Both the position numbers and the translations under genes were made by a program. The notes beneath the pieces are model-generated. The model saw only the letters and a program-made list of their open reading frames with translations. It had not been told where the DNA came from and made no database searches. This document shows positions 1-10,482 of a stretch of DNA of 64,000 nucleotides, in pieces; position 1 is the first letter of the stretch, and each line of letters begins with the position of its first letter. Origin of the DNA: Hormiphora californensis (Eukaryota > Animalia > Ctenophora); the NCBI GenBank assembly GCA_020137815.1, contig CM035351.1:5642001-5706000 (forward strand). The letters are read 5' to 3'.

Positions 1-10
1 TGCAGTCTTG

Positions 11-200
11 TATCTCTCCACCTCTCCCTCTCTATCTCTCTCCGCCTCTCTCCCTCTCTATCTCTCTCCACCTCTCTCCCTCTCTATCTCTCTCCACCTC
101 TCTCCCTCTCTATCTCTCTCCACCTCTCTCCCTCTCTATCTCTCTCCACCTCTCTCCCTCTCTATCTCTCTCCACCTCTCCCTCTCTATCTCTCCATCTC
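11..200. repeat. CT-rich tandem/low-complexity repeat (~TCTCTCCACCTCTCCCTCTCTA units)
   Basis: Visible repeated units; the ORF 8..277 is just its translation. Confidence 0.9.
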
Positions 201-1503
201 CTTTATCAGCTTCCTACTGCACTTGTAATCCCATACCCTTCTCACACACAGTGATCACACACAAACAAGAGAGATAAATCATATACATGCACATATATAA
301 TACAAAACCCTCAAAGTGCTTCCTAACACTATTTAATTGGGTAGAACTCGCTTCATCAGAATAGAATTAGAAAACAAAAAACAGAAATTATAGCCGAAAT
401 ATGCGACTGTAGCCTTCTGTGTCCAAATATATATTAGAAAGTAATTACCTTGGTGGTAGTGGGTGTTTTCCTCTTGAAAAGTTTTAGATTCTTAAACCAA
501 TATGTCATGTTAACACACACTAATTCTCTGACATAGCACCTTCTACACGCATACCCAGATAGATTGTTATACACAGACACTCATTTTCAATAGTTTTCAA
601 GGTTACAAAAAGGGTTTCAGCGGAGAATTAGAAAGCAGAATTTAACGAAATATTGATATATAAAACAGATACAGCAGCAGGTAATGCAACAGAAATCAGA
701 GCTAACAATTACAATTTACACATGTATCTCTACTAAACAGACAAACTTACAGGGGGCTCTGAAACTTGTATACAGGAACGAAAGAGCAGATTATAAAACG
801 ATGAAAACTCGCTACGCATCATGAGAGATGGATCACCATTCCCTAGGGGGTACAGGGTCATAAGTCAATTGGTAAAAAGAATAAATCTGAAATAAGTGGG
901 ACTTCAGGAGGCGAAAAACGGTTGAAAACTTAATGGAAGTACCCCATAAAGACAGTAAAATTGCCTTAACAAGTGCGAGATATATGCCAAAGTACATTAG
1001 GAATGTCTTTAGCATTCTAGCAATGTCTGGCGCGACAGGGAAGTGCCATTTCCTTCCTTGTCGTAAAAACTCGAAAAATCAAAAAGCGAGACTCAAGTTT
1101 TCAAACAGCCGGCGTGGCGGATCGAGATGGATTTCGGAACACTGATGCGCGCCGCTGCGCACCACCGTTGGCAGCGTGTACATATAATTCTTGCGTATTA
1201 CATCGGTACTGTTGAACTTCCGGTAGACATTGGAAGACCATCGTTTAAGAAAATAAATACCAAACACGTTAATTAAAAACAATTAGCCGTCGTAAAACAT
1301 CCGAGTCAATTAAAACCCAATTAAAATAGAAGACAGCTGCTTGAACAGTGTTCAGGGACAGTTCAGCGCGGCGCCCTTATCGTCCTTGACTGCTTACAAC
1401 CAGTACCTCTCCTTTCCCTGCGCGCATTTCTCCGCTAGTAGCGCAACTCTTCCCACTCTCCCAGTGTTCCCTTTCTGACTGACTGGTCAAGTACCCCCCA
1501 CAC

Positions 1504-1956
1504 TCAGTATGATAACTGTTTCACCTCCTCTAACGTCCTTTCCAAAACACTCCTTATCTGATCTCTCTCCCGTCCATCGGGAGTATCCAACATCTGTCTG
1601 TGTAACCGATTCAAACTGTAACTGTACAGTTTCTTCTGACAAGTTCTAATTGTGCCACCCACATGTACCACATTGCACACGCACCTCTCTCTTCCAACAA
1701 CAACCAGACTTGCCAGACACACCCGGGCATCTTTTTCAAAATCTGCAGGCACCCTAATAACCGCCATCCCTGTCAGAAGCGCCAGGTAAACAACCTTTAT
1801 TCGGTTTTGTGTCCGTCCTAAACCGACCTCCCCGAAATTCTCCTGGACAGCGTTGTAGATGGTTGATAGAAGGTGGGATGGGGTGAGGGAAGTGTGGACT
1901 GTACAGTCAGTGAAGTGCAGCTCCACTAAGAAGTATCGGTATTTTAAACGGACCAT
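1504..1956 (-). CDS. POP5: RNase P/MRP subunit POP5 (Rpp14/Pop5 family), intronless
   Basis: N-terminal MVRLKYRYFLVE motif, 'ENFGEVG', 'VVHVGGTIRTCQK' typical of Pop5; acceptor-like TCCTAG 10 nt upstream of ATG. Confidence 0.92.
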   Translation of the reverse strand: MVRLKYRYFLVELHFTDCTVHTSLTPSHLLSTIYNAVQENFGEVGLGRTQNRIKVVYLALLTGMAVIRVPADFEKDARVCLASLVVVGRERCVCNVVHVGGTIRTCQKKLYSYSLNRLHRQMLDTPDGRERDQIRSVLERTLEEVKQLSY

Positions 1957-2241
1957 CAGGATAGAGCTAGGAGTGGTGACTTATCATTGGGAGCTAAAGG
2001 GAGTCAATTAGTTAATTACTAAAATGGCACTTCCTGCAATACATTAGTTGTTTGAAAATAAAATATACATTTTATACAAGTTTATACAGTGATATAAACA
2101 CTTAGTTACACACATAACTTCTCTCTGACCTCTGAAAGTTAATATCTGATAGGAGAATACAGTGTTCAGCTGTACACTTCAATCACCAGTCTGTATCTGA
2201 CCTTCTTTCCAAGTATAAAATATCCCAAGCATACCCCGTCC

Positions 2242-2360
2242 TTCACTCTGATTTATTCGAAATATCCAGCTCCTGTTCATTCTGATTTACTGGACATATC
2301 CAGCTCCCGTTCATTCTGATTTACTGTACATATCCCTCCGGTTCATTCTGATTTACTGGA
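2242..2360. repeat. ~34-bp tandem repeat (3-4 copies) overlapping the CSTPP1 stop codon/3'UTR
   Basis: TTCATTCTGATTTACTGGACATATCCAGCTCCCG-like units. Confidence 0.75.
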
Positions 2361-3131
2361 CTTGGCCTCACAGTTTTCCAAGCACTGACTCTTCTTAGGC
2401 AGAGCTCCAATACTGCCATTGATAGTATCACTGTTCGCAATACCCAGGAGATATGTATAGAATGAGGCCTTCTGGGTCTTTCCTAATATCCTATGAATCA
2501 CTCGAATTGAGGGGTGATGATAATGGTTGTTAGCGATCATATCAGTTATCCTATCTAGAAAGATGCCACTCTCAACTCCCTCTAACCGCGGTGTCGCTCC
2601 ACTCTTCTCGTTCCCACTGCCCGCTGATAGGGAGAGATACAGCTCCCTGCAAGCACTCAGGAACTCGTTATAATAAAACTGAACCTGGAAGGCGTATAGG
2701 AAATCCTGAAATGCCATCAGACAATCTGACACAGCATCATCCATTAGAATTATCCGAGCCGCTGATTGGACAATTGTGAAAGGGAAATCAGGGCAGAGAA
2801 GTTGGATTAGGGCATGGTACTCCTTGGCTGTTAACATGTCACCATGGTTACCAATGGTCCGATAACACTTCCAGAATAGTTTCACAAAACTGGCCCTGTT
2901 GTGTGGGGTGATGGAGACGTAGGAGAATGTCTGATGTACTACGTGGTTACCCTGTGATACCCTACTGAAATAGTCAGATAGAAACCGGTGGGGTTGGAGC
3001 TTGGGGTCACTGTCTCGTATAGCGAAGAGGGAGGAGAGGGCGTGGGACAGGTAGGTCATGATGTGGTGGGATTGAAGGTATGCTTCCGGGGTCTGGAGGA
3101 ACCTGTCCTTGGAGTCCGTTGAGGTACTCAT
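2343..3131 (-). CDS. CSTPP1: Centriolar satellite-associated tubulin polyglutamylase complex regulator 1 (C11orf49/UPF0705), intronless
   Basis: Motifs TPHNRASF, LLCPDFP, AARIILMDDA-DCLM-F-DFL-AFQ-QFYY-EFL match recalled human C11orf49. Confidence 0.9.
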   Translation of the reverse strand: MSTSTDSKDRFLQTPEAYLQSHHIMTYLSHALSSLFAIRDSDPKLQPHRFLSDYFSRVSQGNHVVHQTFSYVSITPHNRASFVKLFWKCYRTIGNHGDMLTAKEYHALIQLLCPDFPFTIVQSAARIILMDDAVSDCLMAFQDFLYAFQVQFYYNEFLSACRELYLSLSAGSGNEKSGATPRLEGVESGIFLDRITDMIANNHYHHPSIRVIHRILGKTQKASFYTYLLGIANSDTINGSIGALPKKSQCLENCEAKSSKSE

Positions 3132-3654
3132 GGTGGTCTGTACCTAGGAAGCTGGATGGGGTTAGAAAGAAGTAGGGCGTGGAAGACACTGATCAGTTGG
3201 GGGTAAAGAGTTTTCGTTGTGGGGCAGCAACTTTCTATAGAATAGGAGGTAAATCCGGCCAGGTTATAATGCAGAATAAACAGCTAATTTTGCCTGTGTG
3301 TTTATAAATTACAACAGTTACCTTACAAATCAGATTACATAACAAAATTGTCCGTTCCCTGCCATCATAAACATACTTCTCTTTTTCTGAACTCTTTCAA
3401 TACTCTCTCAACCTTCCCCTCTCTCTCTCATTATTTCTCTCCTTCATCTCTCCCCCTATCTCTCTTTAATAATGTCTCTCTTCTGCTTGTTGCTTCAATA
3501 ACAATGACTTAATTACATGAGGGACTCTTTACCCACTCTTTACAGTATGACCACTTTCTCTCCCCTCCCTAACTTCTATTCCTCAAAACAACAACAATAC
3601 ATCCCTTACTCGACCCTCTCTCACATTATAACAACACATTCCCACTATTCAACA

Positions 3655-5685
3655 TCAATTATACTGCACTGTCTCTGATGATGAACCACCACCACTACCC
3701 TGTCTGAGGCTCAGCCTCTTCACAGTCTCATAACCCAGTATAATAAGGAAGGAGCTGGTGGACATGCTCAGTGCACGTGCTGATAGTCCTTTAACAAACA
3801 GTCCAATACCGTCCTCTGACCACAGTTTCCGAGTTACATACACTACCGATCTGCTGCCACCGACCTGAGAATAAAGAGGGGGGATTGTGAGAGGGGGAGA
3901 CTAGAGGGAGGGGTGTGAGAGAGGGGCGTGAGAGGGGTGTGAGAGGGGGACAGGGGATTGTGAGAGAGGGGGAGATATATGATTTACTTAGAAGATCTCA
4001 TATTTATAACAAACTTTTGTCAGATTATGTAGAACTATTCTGTCGAATTCTACAACTATATTCTAGAACTATATGATGAATTATGAATCACGAAATTCCA
4101 ATCAAATATATTTTACCGGGAGGTGTTAATTATTTACCTGAATTCTAGTTCGAATGATATCCAGGGGGTTCGTTGCAACTGCCGATATAACTCCACTCAT
4201 AACTCCACTAACTGCCTGTACAGGCATCTTATGGTGCCCTTGACTATCTGGTGCTACATACCGTCCAGAGTGGGCCAACTGAGAGAGTTTTTACAGTCAG
4301 CTGATATAACTAGTTACAGTTAGTCGGCAGGCATTAATCATATAATGGTTTACATGCCACTACTGCACCATCGTGACTCAGGTGTATACAACATGTGTAA
4401 TGTACAACTCGGGACATGTATAATGCCCAGAACATGTGTAACTCAGATCACATGTGTAACTCAGATCACATGTGCAACTCAGATCACACTCACCAGACAG
4501 TTATAGGTAGCCCACCAGATGCCGCTAGTGGGGACATTACTCATCAGACTGACAAGGTACCCCCGGTAGAAGCCACTCAGCCCGTCTTTCACCATGATCT
4601 TCCTACAGATCCCCAGTAGGGTGTGGTCAGCAGGTTTAGCAGCCACAGGAGCTCCATATTTTGAAGATGTCATCTCCTTCTGACGTAACATTCCCTGTAA
4701 AGATATACAGTGTGCAGTGAGGAGAAGGGACAGAGAATATGTATAATTTCAGAGGACAGTGGTTTTTTTATCTCCAGACCCAACTGGGGCCGGGCCTGGG
4801 GGGAGTGGGAACTAGATAATTACCAGTATCTGTAATCTCTGTGTGACCACATCAGCAGGAACTGACAGGGTCTGACCAGCCACAGAGGCAACCGCACCAG
4901 GCAACAATCCCTGAAATAAGGGGGTTCGATTTACAACAGGAACCGACCGAAACAAGTAAACAACCAATCAGAACTCGTTTTTAGGTCACGTGACTGGTTA
5001 TCAGCCAATCAGGGACCAGTATTTCCTGATTCGGTCGGTTCCTGATTTACAAAAACTGGTTGGAAGACCATACATGGTCATGACTCATGAATCTAAAGTG
5101 CTGTTATTGCGACACACTCTGTATTTACAATGGCCCCGCCCCACTCTCTCCGTACCTGCATAACTACGTTGAGGTGGTTGCACCTGTGTTTTGCATACTC
5201 GTATGTTGTAATGTACACTTGACCAAAGAGGACTCCCAGGGCGAATATGGGAAAACCACGGTAAAATCCAAGTATTCCCTCTGATTTAAATACCTGGGAA
5301 CGGCACCATTAAAAACACGAAGAAGGAGACAGAGAAAGATAGATAGATGCAGATGAGAGTTTGAAAGTGAAGTTTATAGCGGTGTTTCGTTAAAATACCT
5401 TAATAAATGCATCAAATGATCCTCTATAGACTGAAGTCCCCCTTTGAACTTGGAGTCGTGTTTTGATTAGGTTGGTGGGGTAGACACAGAGCCTGATACC
5501 CAGAAATACGGTACATCCCCAAAAATAATACCTGATGGAAATCACAGTTAGCTTTTAGTTGGGTGATATTTTGTTCATAGTTGTTAGCGGTCTGTAAATC
5601 TATAATTAACTCACTTTGATTTATCTAGGTCGTTCCAGACGATTTGTCGAGGACTGGATGAGGGAGAAGAAGTTTCGGAACTCAT
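3655..5685 (-). CDS. SLC25A44: Mitochondrial carrier SLC25A44, 7 exons (approx 5615-5685, 5399-5531, 5156-5293, 4824-4911, 4493-4694, 4138-4278, 3655-3864)
   Basis: Manual splicing gives IVWNDLDKSK-YYF...YPTNLIKTRLQVQRGTSVYRGSFDAFIK...VPADVVTQRLQ...NPLDIIRTRIQ...GYETVKRLSL; three Px[D/E]xx[K/R]-type carrier motifs; GT-AG introns. Confidence 0.9.
4937..5044. mobile_element. hAT-type MITE (108 bp) in an SLC25A44 intron
   Basis: 15-bp TIR CAGGAACCGACCGAA / TTCGGTCGGTTCCTG; 8-bp TSD ATTTACAA (4929-4936, 5045-5052). Confidence 0.9.
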
Positions 5686-5994
5686 AGATCTGTTTTAGTT
5701 GGTTGAGAAGTTTGGGGTCGGGACCCTATTGGGACCCACCTCCTATGTCCAAGTGTCATACCATCCCTAAAAAGCAGGTTGAGTTTTCTGGCAAGTTTGA
5801 GATCTAATAAACGCCAATAATTTCAACAAAAACATTCTTCTAAATCAGAAGTTTCAAACCGTAAAACATAACTGTGAATATCACATACTCGTATTTGTAC
5901 AAAAAGGAGAACCACCTCACACCAGGCTCACTGTGAGGTCACAGTTTAGGTTGTGTAGCTCACACGCGTTGTGAGGGTCCGGTAGAGCATTGTT

Positions 5995-6645
5995 TCATTT
6001 TCCAAGTACACCCTGGTACCGCTCAGCAACATCCTCCCAATTAACAATATCCCATATCTTTCCCACATACTCTGGTCGAACATTCTTGTACTGCAGGTAG
6101 TATGCATGTTCCCAGACATCGAATCCCAACAGTGGCACTAGTCCGGTTGTAGCGAGGAGGGGATCCTGATTAGCACATTTAGCAATACCAAGCCGCTTAG
6201 TGTTAGGATCAACCCCTAACCAGGCCCACCCGCTACCCTGAACTCCGATCGCAGCTGCACTCATCTCGGCCTTGAACTTATCGAATGATGAGAAAGTGGA
6301 GGAGATGGCATCCCCCAGAGCACCATCTGGAACACCTCCACCATTTGGGCTGAGGTTGTGCCAGAAGATGGAGTGGTTGATGTGACCACCTGCATTGAAC
6401 ACCATATCCCTTTGACAGGCCATCACAGTTGAGATATCCTTAGCCTCGACCGCTGCCTCCAGTTTGGGGACGACATTATTGAGGTTGGTAACGTATGTGT
6501 TGTGATGTTTGGAGTGGTGGATCTCCATGATCTCTCGGTTCACAACGGGCTCAAGAGCATCGTAGGAGTAGGGAAGTTCCGGGAGTGTGTAGAGAGACCG
6601 CCGGGAGCAGGAGCGAGATAGCGCTCGTAGTGAGCTTTGGAGCAT
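5995..6645 (-). CDS. SOD2: Mitochondrial manganese superoxide dismutase, intronless (true start likely MLQSSLR at 6645)
   Basis: [50 protein letters not shown]; N-terminal mitochondrial presequence; TTTCTAG acceptor 5 nt upstream. Confidence 0.97.
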   Translation of the reverse strand: MLQSSLRALSRSCSRRSLYTLPELPYSYDALEPVVNREIMEIHHSKHHNTYVTNLNNVVPKLEAAVEAKDISTVMACQRDMVFNAGGHINHSIFWHNLSPNGGGVPDGALGDAISSTFSSFDKFKAEMSAAAIGVQGSGWAWLGVDPNTKRLGIAKCANQDPLLATTGLVPLLGFDVWEHAYYLQYKNVRPEYVGKIWDIVNWEDVAERYQGVLGK

Positions 6646-6823
6646 GATACCTAGAAAGAGAGAGGATGTGTTTAGATTGTAATTTGAGTAGGGGAGGGGT
6701 TGAACGAGGGTTGGAGGATTAAAAGACACATTTGTTGCAGTAAAAAAGGATAAATAGAGATCTTGATACAACTCATTTCTTCTGATATTGCTCCATCGTC
6801 CTTCGGAGAGCGAAGGGAAATAT

Positions 6824-6885
6824 GTGACCATGGTAACTTGTAACCATGGTAACTAAAAACCATGACAATTTGTAACCATGGTAAC
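6824..6885. promoter_or_regulatory. Three RFX X-box-like palindromes (GTGACCATGGTAAC, 2x GTAACCATGGTAAC) in a short direct repeat
   Basis: Match to the GTNRCC-AT-GGYAAC consensus; function untested. Confidence 0.35.
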
Positions 6886-7839
6886 TAAAAACCATGACAA
6901 CAGGATGTCTCATGGTATGTGAGAAAAGAATGTGGTATGAACCAGTATACAAATTACACACGGTCCCCTAGCAGGTTTCTCTCTCTCTCATCTCCACAGG
7001 AATGGGAACATAGCAAAAGCGTTCGAATTTCTCATCAAGACCATCTACTTTTTAGTTTAGGAATAATTTTTTAATCTAGGTTGTAATACAATGGACCAAT
7101 TGCGTTTTAAAGAGTCGCTTATCGTCTTCAGACTATCGTAATTTCAAAAGAGCAACTAATGCCGAACGCGAATGACTATGGCTGAAAAAGTAACCAAGTA
7201 AAACTTAGGGCTTAAAAGATTTAGCGATTCGATGGATTTTTACTAAAATTTGTGAAATTTAGGTAAGGAAGTGTTTTGTAAATTTTAGGGAAGGAATTAT
7301 TTTGTTGAAAACGGCTTTTGATTGTTTCCCAAAAAGGTGAAATAGATTTGGTCAACAATTAAAGTGGTGGTCAATCATTAAAATTGGTACCCCGTACCAA
7401 AAAAAGTTCACACACACACACAAACAAACACACACGCACACGCACACACAATCTGCAAACACAAACAAACAAAAAGTTGGTAAAAAAATTCACGATCTCT
7501 CTTTGGCTGTCGCATACTCGCATTTTCCAAACTACACCTCACATCAACAACAACATATAATATTTATTACCAAGAGGACAAGAAAGTAAGGACTGACAAT
7601 AAATGGTGTCTGTATCTCCTTGTCTCAATACCCTGACAAAACTAAACATACATTCACTTTAATAATCTCAATCTCTGACAAATTTACCGGCCTTCACTTC
7701 TCACAGGTCATTCAAAATATAATCCCAGCTAAATCATCCATTCTTTCAGCTTCTACACAGTTTAACATAATTTCATTTTCTCTCACAGCAGTATTTCATA
7801 TCCCAAAAGATCCCTCTGAACCGAAAAAAAGCATTGTAA

Positions 7840-7934
7840 ACCAAGTAAACAACCAATCAGAGCTCGTTATTTAGGTCACGTGACTGGTTATCAGCCAATC
7901 AGGGACCAGTATTTCCTGATTCGGTCGGTTCCTG
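7840..7934. mobile_element. Second, 5'-truncated copy of the CAGGAACCGACC hAT MITE
   Basis: Near-identical to 4950-5044; flanks CATTGTAA / CATTGTAG resemble an 8-bp TSD. Confidence 0.8.
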
Positions 7935-8381
7935 CATTGTAGTGTGCGTGGTGTGTTTCTCAGTTATTTGGGACATGTTATAGGAGTGTCTTTTTGTAGT
8001 GGAATGAACACTTATTGACGACTTGTATCTTTGCATACTGCAAGGTCGTTCATCTAATACAGTTTGACACCTTATCCCACTAACACACTATTGGATGCCA
8101 CACGCATATCATTTATTTAACTCCTTCAATATCCTCTCTCTTCTAAACATTGCAGTTCGTACAAGCACCATTTTACAGACACAGACAGGTAGAGGGAGCC
8201 AACTACTACTCCACACATAAATAAGATTTTAGAGGCCAATATAATAACTTCTCACTCAGCACATTTTGACAGCCAGATCTCGAGAAAATTGTGTCTGCGT
8301 CATTTGTGATGGTTTGCTTGTGTGTGTGTGTGTGGTACTGGATCTTAGTAACGGGGTACACAATTTGATTTTCTTCTTCAA

Positions 8382-9944
8382 CTAAGATGCCTCCGTTGGT
8401 GCAGGGTTGTGTTGTCTGCGGTTGTTCTGGTGCCCACCGCCACTGTGACCCCGTCCATCGACCCGCCGGTAACTAGATCTCCCCTCGTCTCCAGATCTCT
8501 CATAATAATTCCTCCTCGGCTGTCCCTGGTCCCTGTTATCTCTCCTGTCGTAACCACGGTGATCATTGTTGTAGCTGTTGTACTGCCTCTGTTGGGTGTT
8601 CTCAGCCCTGTTATCTCGGTTATTATACCCTCCATCGCTGTTATTGTATCGGCTATCCCGGAAGTCTCGTCCATTTCCATAAGAGTTGTAATCCCTCCTG
8701 TTGTTGTTATACCCACCATCTCGACCACTATATCCCTCGTGCCGGTTGTTCCTATAACCTCCCCGGTTGCTATGGTAATAGTTGTCAGAGCGTCCATACC
8801 GGTTATTGTTGTACCCTCCATTGTTGTTGTAGTACCGGTTATCTCCACCCCCGTAGTTGTTATCCCGCCCTCGGTAGCTGTTACCCTGGTAACTGCGGCT
8901 CCTGTAAGTCGACACTCCCTCTCCAAATGTCTCGCTGTTTAGCTGTTTCTCCTGGTGCCAGTTTGGTGGCCTCCGCCTCTCACCCTTCTCCTTCTCCAAA
9001 GCCTCACAAGATATGGTATCGAAGAACGAGGTGGCCTTATCATAGCATTTGTCATCCGGATCCTCACCTGTGCTTCCCGGTGCAGCATTATTATTTGTCG
9101 TTTCACTTTCCTCTCCTGGCGCTGCTGGTTCAGCTGCTGCCACCTCAGGTTCATCAGAAACACTCAATTTAGCGAACTTTCTTAGTTCCTTCTCCAGTTC
9201 ATTTTTGTCGAATTTAGAGTTAGCGGAGGCAAAATCAAAATCGCTCTCGAAGCTCAGAGTTTTGTTGGTGAACGGCATCCCTTCCCTGTGAGTGTGTCGA
9301 CGATTGTTGTAGCTATTCTTGCGTTGTGCGTTCCTACCTCGCCCACCTCTGCTGTAACTTCCCTCCTCCCTGTCATCTTCTTGCTTTCCTTCCTGCTCCT
9401 TGTTGGGTCCGGGGGAGGCAGGCTTGGCAGAGTCGGTGTTACCTCCAACATTTCCCTCCTGGAAAGAATTAGCTGGGGTTGGAGCCGCGGCACTTCCTCC
9501 TTGTCCGAATGGCACAAAGGTTCCGGAGTTGTTTCCTTGGTTGTTGAAGGAGTTGTTGGGAGAGAAGCTGCTGTTAAATCCGCTAGCAGCAGGAGTTGGA
9601 GCAGGGCTTGCCTCGCTAGGGGTCCCTCCGACCTCACCTCCCATCATGTGACCGTTGGGTGGGGGTCCTTGTTGAGCTTCAATTATTGCCGGGTCCTGGG
9701 GCTGGCTCTGCTCGAACACGTGCAGATCGGCAATGTCAGTTCCCCGAAACTTGACATAGTTGTAGGTTGTTTTCGAGGGTGGGTACTGCGTTGGGCAGGG
9801 CCTGTTTTCAGTACCGAAGGACATGACATTTTTCAGGGCGACCGTAGATTCCGAGGCGTTGATGTCAACTAGGGTTCCTAGGTAACGAATTCCCGCCTTG
9901 GAGATCAAACTGATCTTGCTGCCAACGAAATTGTTGCCACTCAT
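8382..9944 (-). CDS. LSM14: LSM14/RAP55/Scd6 P-body protein, intronless
   Basis: N-terminal LSm domain (GSKISLISKAGIRYLGTL...SFGTENR), FDF (DFDFASANSKFDK), FFD (YDKATSFFDTISCE), TFG (LNSETFG), RG/Y/N-rich tail. Confidence 0.96.
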   Translation of the reverse strand: MSGNNFVGSKISLISKAGIRYLGTLVDINASESTVALKNVMSFGTENRPCPTQYPPSKTTYNYVKFRGTDIADLHVFEQSQPQDPAIIEAQQGPPPNGHMMGGEVGGTPSEASPAPTPAASGFNSSFSPNNSFNNQGNNSGTFVPFGQGGSAAAPTPANSFQEGNVGGNTDSAKPASPGPNKEQEGKQEDDREEGSYSRGGRGRNAQRKNSYNNRRHTHREGMPFTNKTLSFESDFDFASANSKFDKNELEKELRKFAKLSVSDEPEVAAAEPAAPGEESETTNNNAAPGSTGEDPDDKCYDKATSFFDTISCEALEKEKGERRRPPNWHQEKQLNSETFGEGVSTYRSRSYQGNSYRGRDNNYGGGDNRYYNNNGGYNNNRYGRSDNYYHSNRGGYRNNRHEGYSGRDGGYNNNRRDYNSYGNGRDFRDSRYNNSDGGYNNRDNRAENTQQRQYNSYNNDHRGYDRRDNRDQGQPRRNYYERSGDEGRSSYRRVDGRGHSGGGHQNNRRQHNPAPTEAS

Positions 9945-9962
9945 CCTAGTGGGAATAGTGTC

Positions 9963-10260
9963 TCTGTTAGTGGGTATCAGGGGATAGTGTATCTGTTAGT
10001 GGGTATCAGGGGATAGTGTATCTGTTAGTGGGTATCAGGGGATAGTGTATCTGTTAGTGGGTATCAGGGGATAGTGTATCTGTTAGTGGGTATCAGGGGA
10101 TAGTGTATCTGTTAGTGGGTATCAGGGGATAGTGTATCTGTTAGTGGGTATCAGGGAATAGTGTATCTGTTAGTGGGTATCAGGGGATAGTGTATCTGTT
10201 AGTGGGTATCAGGGGATAGTGTATCTGTTAGTGGGTATCAGGGAATAGTGTATCTGTTAG
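9963..10260. repeat. 29-bp minisatellite (~10 copies) immediately upstream of the LSM14 ATG
   Basis: CTGTTAGTGGGTATCAGGGGATAGTGTAT repeated. Confidence 0.95.
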
Positions 10261-10482
10261 AGTGGGTAATCGAAACTTTTTTGGGTTGAATTTGGGCACA
10301 ATTAATATTGTGAATTAGCTGCAAGGGGTATTGGGGATAAGGGTAGAGAACAACAGTGAAACTTGGTTAATCAGCTGAGTCAAAATTTACTATCAAAAAC
10401 AATATAAATAACAAAAACAAAAAGGGATAAAACTGAACAAACACACGTTTCGTACAGAGGGGATGATAAAAATTAAAACAGT

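Noticed and set aside
448-508. Possible first exon MTYWFKNLKLFKRKTPTTTK with a GTAATT donor (minus strand)
   Set aside because: Too short, and the rest would lie outside the window; cannot be supported
6646-6831. N-terminal extension of SOD2 in the ORF track
   Set aside because: Lies upstream of a clear acceptor; the mitochondrial presequence begins at 6645
8378-9872. Overlapping alternative-frame and antisense ORFs in LSM14
   Set aside because: Shadow ORFs of low-complexity coding sequence
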